NCBI GenBank assembly: GCA_964619175.1
Contig: CAZUEE010000002.1
Span: 1 to 61,656, forward strand
Length of the DNA: 61,656 nucleotides
Origin: an uncultured Brachyspira sp.
GTDB taxonomy: Bacteria > Spirochaetota > Brachyspiria > Brachyspirales > Brachyspiraceae
Direction: 5' to 3'
The position numbers and the translations under genes are program-made. The notes beneath the pieces are model-generated. The model worked only from the letters and a program-made list of their open reading frames with translations, had not been told where the DNA came from and did no database searches. Shown in pieces: positions 29,326 to 39,698 of this stretch; positions within the stretch are counted from its first letter, which is position 1, and each line of letters opens with the position of its first letter.

Positions 29326-32300
29326 ATGAACGATTCCATAGAGATAAGAGGCGCAAAAGAGCATAACCTTAAAAATATATCGCTTTCAATTCCTCATAAA
29401 ACTTTAACAACTTTAACGGGAGTTTCGGGAAGCGGAAAATCATCTCTCGCTTTCGATACGATATTTAAAGAAGGACAGAGAAGATATTTGGAATCTTTAT
29501 CGGCTTATGCTAGGCAATTTTTGGGGGTTATGTCAAAAGCGGATGTAGAACATATCGAAGGACTCTCGCCTACAATCTCAATCGACCAAAAAAGCGTAAA
29601 TAAAAATCCTCGTTCCACAGTCGGCACGGTTACGGAAATTTACGATTTTTTTAGATTATTATTCGCTCGTTTAGGAACTCCTTACTGTTCAAAATGCGGA
29701 CATAAAATATCGAAACAGAGCGAAGACCAAATAGCGAAAACGGTTTTAAGAGATTTTGAAGGTAAAAGAATACTTATTTTAGCTCCGATAGTTAGAGACA
29801 GAAAAGGAGAATATAGAAAAGAAATAGAAGATGTAAAAAATGCAGGTTATACGAGAATAAGAATAGACGAGATAGTTTATAAATTTGAAGAAAATAAAAT
29901 TCCCGAACTTAAAAGATACGAAAAACATACTTTGGAAATAGTTATAGACAGAATAAAAATAGAAGATAAATATTTGTCGCGCATAACGGATGATATAGAA
30001 AGAGCGATAAGAATAACCAAAGGATTGGTGGCTTTTTACGAAGAACATGAAATTGAAATTGAAGAAACGGCAGAAAACGAAACTGATAAAAAAACGAAAA
30101 GAAAAAAAACAAAAATAAGCAAACAATCGGAAATAGACAAATATTATAGACTATACACAACCGAACGTTCATGCGCAAATTGCGGACATTCCATTGCCGA
30201 TATAGAACCGAATTTATTTTCGTTTAATAATCCTATGGGCGCATGTTCTATTTGCGGAGGACTTGGAGTAGAACATGTATTTACCGAAAGGCATATAATA
30301 AGAGACGAAAATTTAAATATATACGAAGGAGCTTTAAGTTGTTTTGTAGATGACCATATAGGTTTCGATATGGAATACGGTTTAGACGAATTGGAGATAA
30401 TAGCCAAAACTTACAATATAAATTTAAAAAAGTCTTGGAAAGATTTAACCAAAACCGAAAAAAAATATTTGCTTTACGGAACTGATAAAGAAATTAAATG
30501 GAGAAAAAGATTTTGGTATCATAGCAAAATTGTGGAAGAAAAAGTTCCCGGAATACTTACGAGATTAAAATATGATTACGAAACTTATAAAATGTCGTAT
30601 TATTCAAACTTCATGGACGAAATCGAATGTCCGAAATGCAAAGGAAAAAGAATAAACGAAGATGCTTTATCCGTTAAATTTGGAGATAAAACCATAGCCG
30701 ATTTTTCTTCTATGACTATCGAAGAATTGTATAATTATTTTGTAAAGTTAAAATTGAAACCGAGTGAAGAGATTATAGGAAACCCGATAATAAAAGAAAT
30801 TATATACAGATTAACTTTTTTAGTTAAAGTTGGACTTACATATTTGACGATTGAAAGAGCCTCCCCTACTCTGTCGGGCGGAGAGTCGCAGAGAATAAGA
30901 TTAGCGTCTCAAATAGGAAGCGGACTCGAGGGCGTTTTATATGTTTTGGACGAGCCTTCTATAGGACTTCATCAATCGGACAATAAAAAACTTATAGAAT
31001 CGTTAAAAACTTTGAGAGATAAAAACAACACAGTTATAGTTGTAGAACATGATAAAGAAACTATGGAAGAATCGGATTATTTGGTAGATATAGGATTGGA
31101 TGCGGGAATTTCGGGCGGAAATATAGTGGGAATTGGAAATTTTGAAGAGTTTATAAAATCTGAAAAATCTTATACTGCGAGATATTTACGCGGAGATGAC
31201 AGTATACCGATTCCAAAAACTAGACGAGAAGGAAACGGAAAATTTTTAAAAATAATCGGAGCGAATCAATTTAATTTAAAAAATATAGATGTTAAAATTC
31301 CTTTGGGATTGTTTTTAGTCGTAAGCGGATTATCAGGAAGCGGAAAATCGACATTGATTGACAATATATTAATGAGAGCCTTGCATAATCATTTTTACGG
31401 AAAAGTTGGCGGAAAAACTTTTAATGTGGGAAGTCATAAAAAAATAGAGGGACTTAAAAATATAGACAAAGTTATAGAAGTCGACCAATCGCCGATAGGA
31501 AGAACTCCAAGAAGCAATCCCGCCACATATACTAAAGTTTTCTCTCCGATTAGAGATTTGTTTGCAGCGACTAAATTGTCAAAAATGCGAGGATACGATA
31601 AAGGACGATTTTCATTTAATGTCAAAACGGGAAGATGTCCAACTTGCGAAGGAGCGGGTTTAATAGAACTTGAGATGCAATTTCTTTCTAATGTTTTAGT
31701 TCCTTGCGAAGAATGCGCAGGCAAGCGATTCAACGCCGAAACTTTGGATATTAAATATAAAAATAAAAATATATACGAAGTTTTAGAATTAACCGTATCG
31801 GAAGCGGTGGAATTTTTTGACGGAATAACTTCCATAACTAGAATATTAAAAATAATGGAAGATATAGGATTAGGTTATATAAAATTGGGGCAACCTTCGA
31901 CTACTTTATCGGGAGGCGAGGCTCAAAGAATAAAATTAGCAAGCGAACTTCATAAAATATCTACGGGAAACACTTTATATATTTTAGACGAACCTACTAC
32001 CGGACTTCATTTTGAGGATATAAAAAAATTACTTAAAGCGCTTGACAAATTGGTTGAAAAAGGAAATACGGTTATAGTAGTTGAGCATAATTTGGATGTC
32101 ATAAAATGCGCCGACTATATAATCGATATGGGACCTTTAAGCGGAGACAAGGGAGGAGAAATAGTAGCCGAAGGAAAGCCTGAGGATATAATAAAAGTAA
32201 AAGAATCATTGACGGCAAAAGAACTTAAAGAGATATTGAAACCTCAAAATAAAAAAACTCAAAAAAGCAAAATAATTAAAAAAGACACCGAGCAAATAAA

Positions 32301-35181
32301 AGAATATAATAAAAATAAAAACGATATTGAAGAAAGTTATCTTACTGTAAAAGGAGCGAATAAACATAATTTAAAAAATATAAGTTTAACTATTCCAAAA
32401 AATAAAATAAATGTGATAACGGGAGTTTCGGGAAGCGGTAAAACTTCTCTCGCTTTTGAAACGATATTTAAAGAAGGACAGCGAAGATTTGTAGAATCGC
32501 TTTCTACATACGCCAGACGATTCTTGGGAAGATTCGAAGATGCCAAAGTCGACAAAATAGAAGGATTGTCTCCGGCGATTGCTATAGACCAAAAAAATGT
32601 CAGCAGAAATCCTCGCTCCACAGTGGCTACGGTTACGGAAATTTACGATTATTTTAGATTGATATTTGCTAGAGTTTCTACTCCTCATTGTCCGCATTGC
32701 GTGGGAAAAGACACTTTGAAAGCCGAAAGTCCGTCTATACTTGCAACCGAAATAACCGAAACTATGGAAAATTATAAATTGATTATAATATCTCCAATTT
32801 ATCATAGTTCGCTTAATCATAGATTTGCATTCGATATTGAAAATAATAACTCCGCTTTGGATATGGAAAATATAATAAATAAAATTAGAGAGGCTGGATA
32901 TTTAAGAATACAAATAAATTCTTCCGATTATGTTATAGACGATATTAGTAAAGAAACTATAAAAGAATTGTCGAAAGAAGAGATATATTCGGTTGGAATA
33001 GTCATAGACAGAATAATCGTAGGAAAAGATAAAAGGGCTAGAATTGCAGATGCCATAGAAAAAGCTATGGATTTATCGGGCGGTATAGTTCATATTAAAT
33101 CGAGCTATGGAATAATGATAAGAGAGAGTTTTCACACAAAATTTCCCGCTTGTTTACTGCATGGAATTTTATTTGATTTTGAAATAACGCCGCGACATTT
33201 TTCGTTTAATTCGCATTGGGGTTATTGTCCCGAATGCAAAGGACTTGGAAGCAAACCTACCTTTAGTGTCGATTTGGCTATTAAAGATAAAAGCAAACCT
33301 CTATTAAACGGAGCTTTAGATACCATGCTTCATAATATGTTTTCTACGCATGGAAAATATTATACGGATTCTTTATTCAGATTGCTTAAAAGAAACGGAA
33401 TAGGAAAAAAAGAATTGTATGAAATTCCGTTTAACGAACTTGAAGAAAAAATTATAAATACTTTCTTTTTTGGAGGAGAAAGCGCTGTTGGAAATGTCGT
33501 GGAATATTGGCATTTAAATAACGATATTACGAGCGAAGATTATTCCGAATGGAAAGATAAATCTCTTGCAAAATTTTTTATAGACGAAGTTTGTTCGAAT
33601 TGTAAAGGCGAGAGATTAAACGAGATAATAAGAGCGTATACGATAGATAAAAAAAATATAAGTCAAGTAGCTGCTATGACGGTTGAAAGCGCGATTAATT
33701 TTTTTAATAAACTCCATTTAATTTTAACCGAAAGAGAAAATATTATATCCAAAGAAGCGGTAAAAGAAATTAAAACTAGGTTAAGTTTTTTGGATAAAGT
33801 TGGACTCAATTATTTATCGTTGGATAGAAAATATTCTACTTTGTCGGGAGGCGAGGCTCAAAGAATAAGACTTGCAAGTCAGCTCGGCTCTAAACTCACG
33901 GGCGTTTTATATGTTTTGGACGAACCTACTGTAGGACTTCATCCTAAAGATACGGGACATTTGCTCGAAACTTTAAAAGAGTTGAGAGATTTGAAAAATA
34001 CTCTCGTTATAGTGGAACATGACAGAGATACGATGAAATCCGCAGACAATATAATCGATATGGGACCTTATGCGGGAGCTTTCGGAGGCGAGGCGGTTTT
34101 TCAAGGGAAATTTGAAGATATAATAAAAGATAAAAAATCGCTTACGGGAGAATATTTAAGCGGAGTAAAAAAAGTATTCGAGAAAACGGACATTAGAGAT
34201 AAAAATACAGAATCTATAAAATTAAAAAATGTCTCTACGAATAATTTAAAAAATATAAACATTGAAATTCCTCTTGAAAAAATCGTAGTCGTTACGGGAG
34301 TTTCGGGAAGCGGTAAATCGTCTCTTATAATAGACACTCTTTATCCGGCGTTAAAAAAAAGAAAGTTAAATCAATATTCGATATACGAAGAGGCTTATAT
34401 ACCAAAAATAATTTCGGATACGATTCTTGTAGACCAAATATCGATAGTAGGCTCTATTAGAAGCACTTTGGTAAGCTATAGTAAAATATTCGACAAAATA
34501 AGAAACATATTTGCAAAAACTCAAACCGCTAGAGCTAAAGGATTTTCTGCGGGAAGATTTTCTTATAATGCCAAAGAAGGCAGATGTAATATTTGCGAAG
34601 GAAAAGGCATAAGAAAAATTGCCATGCATTTTTTGTCGGATATGGAAATAGTATGCGAAGCTTGCGGAGGAAAAAGATATAACGATGAAACTTTATCCGT
34701 TAGATTTAAATCTTTAAATATAGCCGAAGTATTGGAGCTTACGGTAGACGAGGCTTTGGAATTTTTTGAATTCGACAAATCGATTACGAAGACTCTTTTA
34801 ATTATGAGCGAAGTGGGATTGGGTTATATAAAACTCTCTCAAAGACTCGATACTTTTTCGGGAGGCGAATTGCAACGTTTGAAACTTTCTACCGAACTTT
34901 CTAAAAAACAGTCTGACGAACATATAGTTTATATACTCGATGAGCCTACAACGGGACTACATTTTGACGATGTAAGTAAACTTTTAGTGGCTTTGAATAA
35001 ACTTGTAGACAAAGGTCATAGCGTTATTATTATAGAACATAATCCCGATGTTATAAGAGCGGCGGATTATATAATAGATTTGGGGCTTGACGGCGGAATA
35101 AACGGAGGCGAGATAATAGCCAAAGGAACGGTTAAAGAAATTCTTGAAATGAAGAAAGGTTATACTTGGAAATATATTTGA
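29326..35181 (+). CDS. uvrA: Double-length excinuclease ABC subunit A
   Basis: Four Walker A motifs, four [LF]SGGE signatures, CxxC zinc sites; the UvrA N-terminal motif appears twice (GAKEHNLKNI, GANKHNLKNI). Confidence 0.95.
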   Translation: MNDSIEIRGAKEHNLKNISLSIPHKTLTTLTGVSGSGKSSLAFDTIFKEGQRRYLESLSAYARQFLGVMSKADVEHIEGLSPTISIDQKSVNKNPRSTVGTVTEIYDFFRLLFARLGTPYCSKCGHKISKQSEDQIAKTVLRDFEGKRILILAPIVRDRKGEYRKEIEDVKNAGYTRIRIDEIVYKFEENKIPELKRYEKHTLEIVIDRIKIEDKYLSRITDDIERAIRITKGLVAFYEEHEIEIEETAENETDKKTKRKKTKISKQSEIDKYYRLYTTERSCANCGHSIADIEPNLFSFNNPMGACSICGGLGVEHVFTERHIIRDENLNIYEGALSCFVDDHIGFDMEYGLDELEIIAKTYNINLKKSWKDLTKTEKKYLLYGTDKEIKWRKRFWYHSKIVEEKVPGILTRLKYDYETYKMSYYSNFMDEIECPKCKGKRINEDALSVKFGDKTIADFSSMTIEELYNYFVKLKLKPSEEIIGNPIIKEIIYRLTFLVKVGLTYLTIERASPTLSGGESQRIRLASQIGSGLEGVLYVLDEPSIGLHQSDNKKLIESLKTLRDKNNTVIVVEHDKETMEESDYLVDIGLDAGISGGNIVGIGNFEEFIKSEKSYTARYLRGDDSIPIPKTRREGNGKFLKIIGANQFNLKNIDVKIPLGLFLVVSGLSGSGKSTLIDNILMRALHNHFYGKVGGKTFNVGSHKKIEGLKNIDKVIEVDQSPIGRTPRSNPATYTKVFSPIRDLFAATKLSKMRGYDKGRFSFNVKTGRCPTCEGAGLIELEMQFLSNVLVPCEECAGKRFNAETLDIKYKNKNIYEVLELTVSEAVEFFDGITSITRILKIMEDIGLGYIKLGQPSTTLSGGEAQRIKLASELHKISTGNTLYILDEPTTGLHFEDIKKLLKALDKLVEKGNTVIVVEHNLDVIKCADYIIDMGPLSGDKGGEIVAEGKPEDIIKVKESLTAKELKEILKPQNKKTQKSKIIKKDTEQIKEYNKNKNDIEESYLTVKGANKHNLKNISLTIPKNKINVITGVSGSGKTSLAFETIFKEGQRRFVESLSTYARRFLGRFEDAKVDKIEGLSPAIAIDQKNVSRNPRSTVATVTEIYDYFRLIFARVSTPHCPHCVGKDTLKAESPSILATEITETMENYKLIIISPIYHSSLNHRFAFDIENNNSALDMENIINKIREAGYLRIQINSSDYVIDDISKETIKELSKEEIYSVGIVIDRIIVGKDKRARIADAIEKAMDLSGGIVHIKSSYGIMIRESFHTKFPACLLHGILFDFEITPRHFSFNSHWGYCPECKGLGSKPTFSVDLAIKDKSKPLLNGALDTMLHNMFSTHGKYYTDSLFRLLKRNGIGKKELYEIPFNELEEKIINTFFFGGESAVGNVVEYWHLNNDITSEDYSEWKDKSLAKFFIDEVCSNCKGERLNEIIRAYTIDKKNISQVAAMTVESAINFFNKLHLILTERENIISKEAVKEIKTRLSFLDKVGLNYLSLDRKYSTLSGGEAQRIRLASQLGSKLTGVLYVLDEPTVGLHPKDTGHLLETLKELRDLKNTLVIVEHDRDTMKSADNIIDMGPYAGAFGGEAVFQGKFEDIIKDKKSLTGEYLSGVKKVFEKTDIRDKNTESIKLKNVSTNNLKNINIEIPLEKIVVVTGVSGSGKSSLIIDTLYPALKKRKLNQYSIYEEAYIPKIISDTILVDQISIVGSIRSTLVSYSKIFDKIRNIFAKTQTARAKGFSAGRFSYNAKEGRCNICEGKGIRKIAMHFLSDMEIVCEACGGKRYNDETLSVRFKSLNIAEVLELTVDEALEFFEFDKSITKTLLIMSEVGLGYIKLSQRLDTFSGGELQRLKLSTELSKKQSDEHIVYILDEPTTGLHFDDVSKLLVALNKLVDKGHSVIIIEHNPDVIRAADYIIDLGLDGGINGGEIIAKGTVKEILEMKKGYTWKYI

Positions 35182-35194
35182 TTAATTTTAACGC

Positions 35195-35222
35195 TTGACA
35201 TATTTTTAATTTATGCTATAAT
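35195..35222 (+). promoter_or_regulatory. Consensus sigma70 promoter
   Basis: TTGACA (35195-35200)-N16-TATAAT (35217-35222) with TGn. Confidence 0.8.
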
Positions 35223-35231
35223 TTAGCTATT

Positions 35232-35354
35232 ATGATATTAAAACCCTTGTTTAATAATTTAGTGACAGTCAACAGTCAACAGTCAACAGTCAACAGTCAA
35301 CAGTCAACAGTCAACAGTCAACATTTCTTTTGCAAAAAAATATTTCTGGAGTAA
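35232..35354 (+). CDS. Putative near-leaderless leader peptide (40 aa) spanning the heptamer repeat
   Basis: ATG 9 nt past the -10 box, no SD; MILKPLFNNLVTVNSQQSTVNSQQSTVNSQHFFCKKIFLE*. Confidence 0.5.
   Translation: MILKPLFNNLVTVNSQQSTVNSQQSTVNSQHFFCKKIFLE
35265..35323 (+). repeat. Simple sequence repeat (ACAGTCA)8 + ACA
   Basis: Read directly: eight perfect units. Confidence 0.98.
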
Positions 35355-35496
35355 TATATTGCAAGTTTATAACTCCAATAATAAAAGACTGTTTGAAAAA
35401 ATACAATATCTAGTTTTAATTTATAAATTACAATTAACATTATATAAATATAATAATTTTTTAATAATTAAATTTTGATTAAAGGAATAATTAGAA

Positions 35497-35745
35497 ATGA
35501 CTATAGAGGAAAAATATTATTGTAAATACTGCGGCAAATCTTCGTCGAGCGAGAGCTTATTAATTAAATCTTTATGTTATAATAATCCCGAAGGAAAATA
35601 TCATGTCGTTTATAAAGGCGGAGAGAAATCCAAATATTATTGTATGTATTGCGGAGCGGAATATTCTGGCATTAACTCTCTTACAAAAGGTTCATGCCCT
35701 AAAAATCCAATCGGGAAATATCATGTACCTTATGAAGCGGATTAA
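35497..35745 (+). CDS. Small protein with two tandem CxxC-x14-C-x8-H units (putative zinc-binding)
   Basis: YYCKYCG...CYNNPEGKYHVVY and YYCMYCG...CPKNPIGKYHVPY; RBS AAAGGA. Confidence 0.8.
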   Translation: MTIEEKYYCKYCGKSSSSESLLIKSLCYNNPEGKYHVVYKGGEKSKYYCMYCGAEYSGINSLTKGSCPKNPIGKYHVPYEAD

Positions 35746-35785
35746 TTAAAAACTATAAAAAATTATATTTGCGAAAAATAAAATA

Positions 35786-36031
35786 TTATTTGTTGTTTTC
35801 CAACTTGTTTTTAACAAAAGAGCTTAAAATATTTAATTCTTCTATTGTGGATTTTGACGCTTCGAGATTCTGACTCTTCACTTCTTCGTAAACTTCTTTT
35901 CTAAAAATTTTAACATTTTTCGGAGCGTTTATCCCGAGTTTTATCTGGTCGCCTCTTATATCCACAAGCATTATTTCTATATTGTCTCCGATGACTATAC
36001 TCTGATTAATTTTTCTCGAAAGCACAAGCAT
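35786..36031 (-). CDS. csrA: Carbon storage regulator
   Basis: [20 protein letters not shown]...[18 protein letters not shown]. Confidence 0.96.
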   Translation of the reverse strand: MLVLSRKINQSIVIGDNIEIMLVDIRGDQIKLGINAPKNVKIFRKEVYEEVKSQNLEASKSTIEELNILSSFVKNKLENNK

Positions 36032-36045
36032 ATTTAATTTTTCCT

Positions 36046-36495
36046 TTATTGTTGTCTATTGTCGTCTTCCGACAGTATAAAATGTCTCGTGTTATATTTA
36101 TCTCCCAAAGCGGTGCATTGTTTTGCCTTATGATTTTTAATATTAAAAACTATCGGCGCTATAAGATTCGTAGTCATAGCCTTTAAGTCGCTGTTTGGAA
36201 TGCTTACTATGGTGAGCAAATATATATCCGATTCGCTTTCTATACTCAAAGATTTTATATCTTCGTCATGTATATCGGGTTGATAATCTTTAAATATTAA
36301 AAAAGGGTCTATAAGTATAAAACATATATTTTTATCGTCTTTAGATTGAAGTATTTTAAAAGTTCCTTCGTTATCCATATTTAGAAGATAAAACTCATCA
36401 TAATCTTCGAAAGCCAAAATACTTCCGTTTAGATGATAAAGCGTTTTGTCGGAAACTTCTATTTTTCCCAATATTCTCGATTCTATTTCAGGCAT
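36046..36495 (-). CDS. fliW: Flagellar assembly factor / CsrA antagonist
   Basis: LQS...FILIDPF...Y.PDI and [11 protein letters not shown] motifs; adjacent to csrA. Confidence 0.92.
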   Translation of the reverse strand: MPEIESRILGKIEVSDKTLYHLNGSILAFEDYDEFYLLNMDNEGTFKILQSKDDKNICFILIDPFLIFKDYQPDIHDEDIKSLSIESESDIYLLTIVSIPNSDLKAMTTNLIAPIVFNIKNHKAKQCTALGDKYNTRHFILSEDDNRQQ

Positions 36496-36608
36496 AAATT
36501 AAATTCCTTAAAACTAAAATTTTTTGAAAACTAAATTCTTAAACAATTAAATTCTTTTATTAAATTCTTTAAAATTTTTAATTAAAGAAAATAATAATAT
36601 AAAATTTA

Positions 36609-37862
36609 TTATCTTAAATAATCCAAAAGAGTTCTACCCAATAATTTTCCCGCCGTTTGCAAGGAAGCGTTATGAGCGTATTGCCACATATTAAAATTTA
36701 CAATCTCTTCTACATAATCTATATTTTCGTTTTTTGCCAAAGCCTCTTCTATTGCCAATTTCTGGTCTTCAAAATTCGTAAGTCCCATATCCAATCTTGT
36801 CACTTTTGAAGAAGCGTTTGCTTGAACGGTCGTAACATTGTCTATAGCGCTGTCTATATAACCCAACGCCTCACTTCCAATGGCTCTAACATCGTCATTT
36901 AACATAGCATCTCTTAAATATATTAAAGTTTCAAATATCGATTTTCCCGTTATCAAAGCGCTTGGTTCGTAATTATTTTCGTAAGTATTTCCCGCTCCAA
37001 CTCTAACTAATCCTATATCTTGCAAAACCGTTCCTCCCGCCAAATCTTGTAAAAGTATTTTATGAGGAGTGGAAGTCATTAATTGTATTACTTTAGCGCC
37101 ACCTCTTAAATCTCCTATACTCGCTCTAACATTTCCGTTTGCATCGTTTATTCTTTGAACTATCGCCTCGATATTGTCTCCCTGTTTAATATTAATAGTC
37201 ATATCGTCTATCATAATATCTTGATTTTCTGAGGCTATATAATTGGATGCGTCCGTTGTAGACATTATTTCCATATTAGTTCCCCAAAATATATAATTGC
37301 CCGGAGTTCCGACATTTATATATTGTCCGTTTTCTACTTCCCTATTTTGTTTGTTAGCATCTCCTTCATACATAACCGATTTTATTATGGAGCGTCCCGC
37401 CTTATCGTCATGCGAATAAAAAGCTCTAAAAGGTTCGGTTTTTATGCTCGTTCCCGAAAATATAAACTCTCCTTTACTTTGGGTTTTGGAAATATCGTAA
37501 ACTCTTTCAATCATTTCTTCTATTTCTATAGCCATTTTGCTTCTATCTTCTGCCGAATAAGTGCTGTTCGCTCCTTGAACCGCCAAATCTCTCGCTCTGG
37601 TTAAAGCTTGAGTTATAGAACCCATAGAATCATGAGCTATATTTAATCTCTCTTTTCCGTCTATAATATTATTTTGATATCTATTTAAAGATGACATTCT
37701 CGTTCTATAATAAATCGAATTAATGGTAGATGTAACATTTTGATGAGGATACTGCACCCTTTGTCCGGTAGACAATCTCGTTTGAGAAGCCTCCAATTCG
37801 GTATAATTTCTTTTTATCACGCTAACCGTTCTATTAAATTGGGCTTGTTCTGTAACTCTCAT
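36609..37862 (-). CDS. flgL: Flagellar hook-associated protein 3
   Basis: MRVT start, RLSTGQRV, LAVQGANSTYS, FIFSGT, C-terminal TLLDYLR. Confidence 0.93.
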   Translation of the reverse strand: MRVTEQAQFNRTVSVIKRNYTELEASQTRLSTGQRVQYPHQNVTSTINSIYYRTRMSSLNRYQNNIIDGKERLNIAHDSMGSITQALTRARDLAVQGANSTYSAEDRSKMAIEIEEMIERVYDISKTQSKGEFIFSGTSIKTEPFRAFYSHDDKAGRSIIKSVMYEGDANKQNREVENGQYINVGTPGNYIFWGTNMEIMSTTDASNYIASENQDIMIDDMTINIKQGDNIEAIVQRINDANGNVRASIGDLRGGAKVIQLMTSTPHKILLQDLAGGTVLQDIGLVRVGAGNTYENNYEPSALITGKSIFETLIYLRDAMLNDDVRAIGSEALGYIDSAIDNVTTVQANASSKVTRLDMGLTNFEDQKLAIEEALAKNENIDYVEEIVNFNMWQYAHNASLQTAGKLLGRTLLDYLR

Positions 37863-38009
37863 TTTTATCTCCTTACGACTTTAAGTCGCCAAAAAATATA
37901 ATTATTCTTTTTTATTTTCGTAATAATTTAAAATTGCTTTATTATTTTTTATTTAAAATTTGAAAATTGAATTTTATTTTTGAGAAGCGATTTTTTTATA
38001 TTTGTTTGA

Positions 38010-38037
38010 TTATCGGAATTAATATTTATAAAAGTTA
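38010..38037 (-). promoter_or_regulatory. Possible sigma28 (FliA) promoter for flgL-fliW-csrA
   Basis: Minus strand TAAC-N16-TCCGATAA versus consensus TAAA-N15-GCCGATAA. Confidence 0.35.
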
Positions 38038-38075
38038 ATTTATATCGAGGAATTTATTTCCGCTATTTTCCGGTA

Positions 38076-39491
38076 TTATTTGATTTTATTATTTAATTTA
38101 TAAACCAAACTTTTAAAATATTTTCCCCTCTCTTCGTAATTTTCAAAAGAGTCGAAACTTGCGCATCCCGGCGAAAGTAAAACTATATCGCCTTCAACTG
38201 CAAAAGAAGAAGCGTAATTAAAAGCGTCTGTAAAATCTTTTATTATTATTTTTTTCATTATTTTTTTGTCGCCGTCTATCATATCGTTTAGAGATTCGGC
38301 AGCCTCGCCCGTTAAGATAAGTTTTTTTACTCTATCTTTTATAATACCATTCAAAGGACTAAAATCTATATTTTTATTTCTTCCGCCCATTATTAGAATT
38401 ATATTTTTATCAAACGATTTTAAAGCGCTCATTACCGAATTCATGGAAGTGGCTTTAGAATCGTTAATATACATAACATTATTTACAATTGCTACCAATT
38501 CCAATCTATGTTCGATTCCGTTAAAATTATTTACCGCATTTTCTATATATTTTACGGGAACATTATTTTTTAAAGATACCAAAACCGAAGCGAGTATATT
38601 TTCCACATTATGTTTGCCGAATAATTTTCTTCGTTTTATAGAAAATAATTTTTTATTTTGATAATATATATATTCGTTCGATTCGTCATAATAAATCGTG
38701 GCATCTTTATTTTTTGTAGAAAAAGTCAAGACATTATATTTTTCTTTTCGCTTTTCTTTAAGTTCGTTATAAAGTCTGTTGGTATAAATATTATCGTAAT
38801 TAAGAATTAAAAAATCGTTTTCGTTTTGATTCTTAAAAATATTTTTTTTGGCGTTAAAATAATCTTCTATATCTTTATATCTATCCAAATGGTCTTCTGC
38901 AATATTCAATATGGCGCTTATATGCGGATGAAAATTATAAATAGTTTCCAACTGAAAACTTGAAAGCTCTAAAATTATATCTTCGTTATCTTCGATATTT
39001 TCAATCTCTTTAGAAAATGTATTTCCGACATTTCCCAAAAGTCTCGCCTTTTTATAGGAGCTTATAATATTATAAATTAAATTTACAGTCGTAGTTTTGC
39101 CGTCCGTTCCCGTTATCGCTATATAATTTCTATTTGGCAAAAGATTGTATGCAAATTCAATCTCTCCTATTATTTTTATTTTTCTTTTTTTTGATTCTTT
39201 AACTAACGAAATGTTTTGAGGAACTCCGGGCGAAATTATTATAAGAGTTATATTTTTCAAGATAGAATAATTCTGATTTCCGAGAAATAATTTTGCATTT
39301 TTATCTTTTAAATCGTCCAAATTAAGTTCGTCTTTTTCTTTTATATCGCTCAATGCATAATTAATGTTTATATTCATAGACTTATTAATATCGTGTAAAA
39401 CATTGGCTATACTTATGCCGCTTCTCGGAGTAGCTCCTAGTATCAATATATTTTGTTGTTTAAGAAAGTTTATATAATTTTTATTTAACAT
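38076..39491 (-). CDS. murD: UDP-N-acetylmuramoyl-L-alanine--D-glutamate ligase
   Basis: ITGTDGKTTT, ELSSFQL, DHLDRY, NDSKAT, LLSPGCASFD. Confidence 0.96.
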   Translation of the reverse strand: MLNKNYINFLKQQNILILGATPRSGISIANVLHDINKSMNININYALSDIKEKDELNLDDLKDKNAKLFLGNQNYSILKNITLIIISPGVPQNISLVKESKKRKIKIIGEIEFAYNLLPNRNYIAITGTDGKTTTVNLIYNIISSYKKARLLGNVGNTFSKEIENIEDNEDIILELSSFQLETIYNFHPHISAILNIAEDHLDRYKDIEDYFNAKKNIFKNQNENDFLILNYDNIYTNRLYNELKEKRKEKYNVLTFSTKNKDATIYYDESNEYIYYQNKKLFSIKRRKLFGKHNVENILASVLVSLKNNVPVKYIENAVNNFNGIEHRLELVAIVNNVMYINDSKATSMNSVMSALKSFDKNIILIMGGRNKNIDFSPLNGIIKDRVKKLILTGEAAESLNDMIDGDKKIMKKIIIKDFTDAFNYASSFAVEGDIVLLSPGCASFDSFENYEERGKYFKSLVYKLNNKIK

Positions 39492-39597
39492 TTACAACGC
39501 CATAGTATTTTTTGTTTATTGTATAAAATTATATCAAAAGAATTATAAATTGAAATATATATAAAATTTAAATTTATAATGATTTATAAAAAATAAC

Positions 39598-39639
39598 TTG
39601 ACATAAATAATGTTTTATGTATAATGTAATAATATTACA
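39598..39639 (+). promoter_or_regulatory. Promoter plus palindromic operator for the PTS/murQ operon
   Basis: TTGACA (39598)-N16-TATAAT (39620-39625), then TGTAAT-aat-ATTACA (39625-39639). Confidence 0.7.
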
Positions 39640-39698
39640 AATATATTTATTTTAATAATAAAAAAGTAATATAAATACATTAATACTTGGAGGTCTTT

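Noticed and set aside
35265..35323. Heptamer array (and the terminal pentamer array) as CRISPR
   Set aside because: Contiguous short units without spacers; no cas genes in the window.
36500..36570. Repeated taaattct motifs between fliW and flgL
   Set aside because: Short, irregularly spaced and plausible by chance at this AT content.
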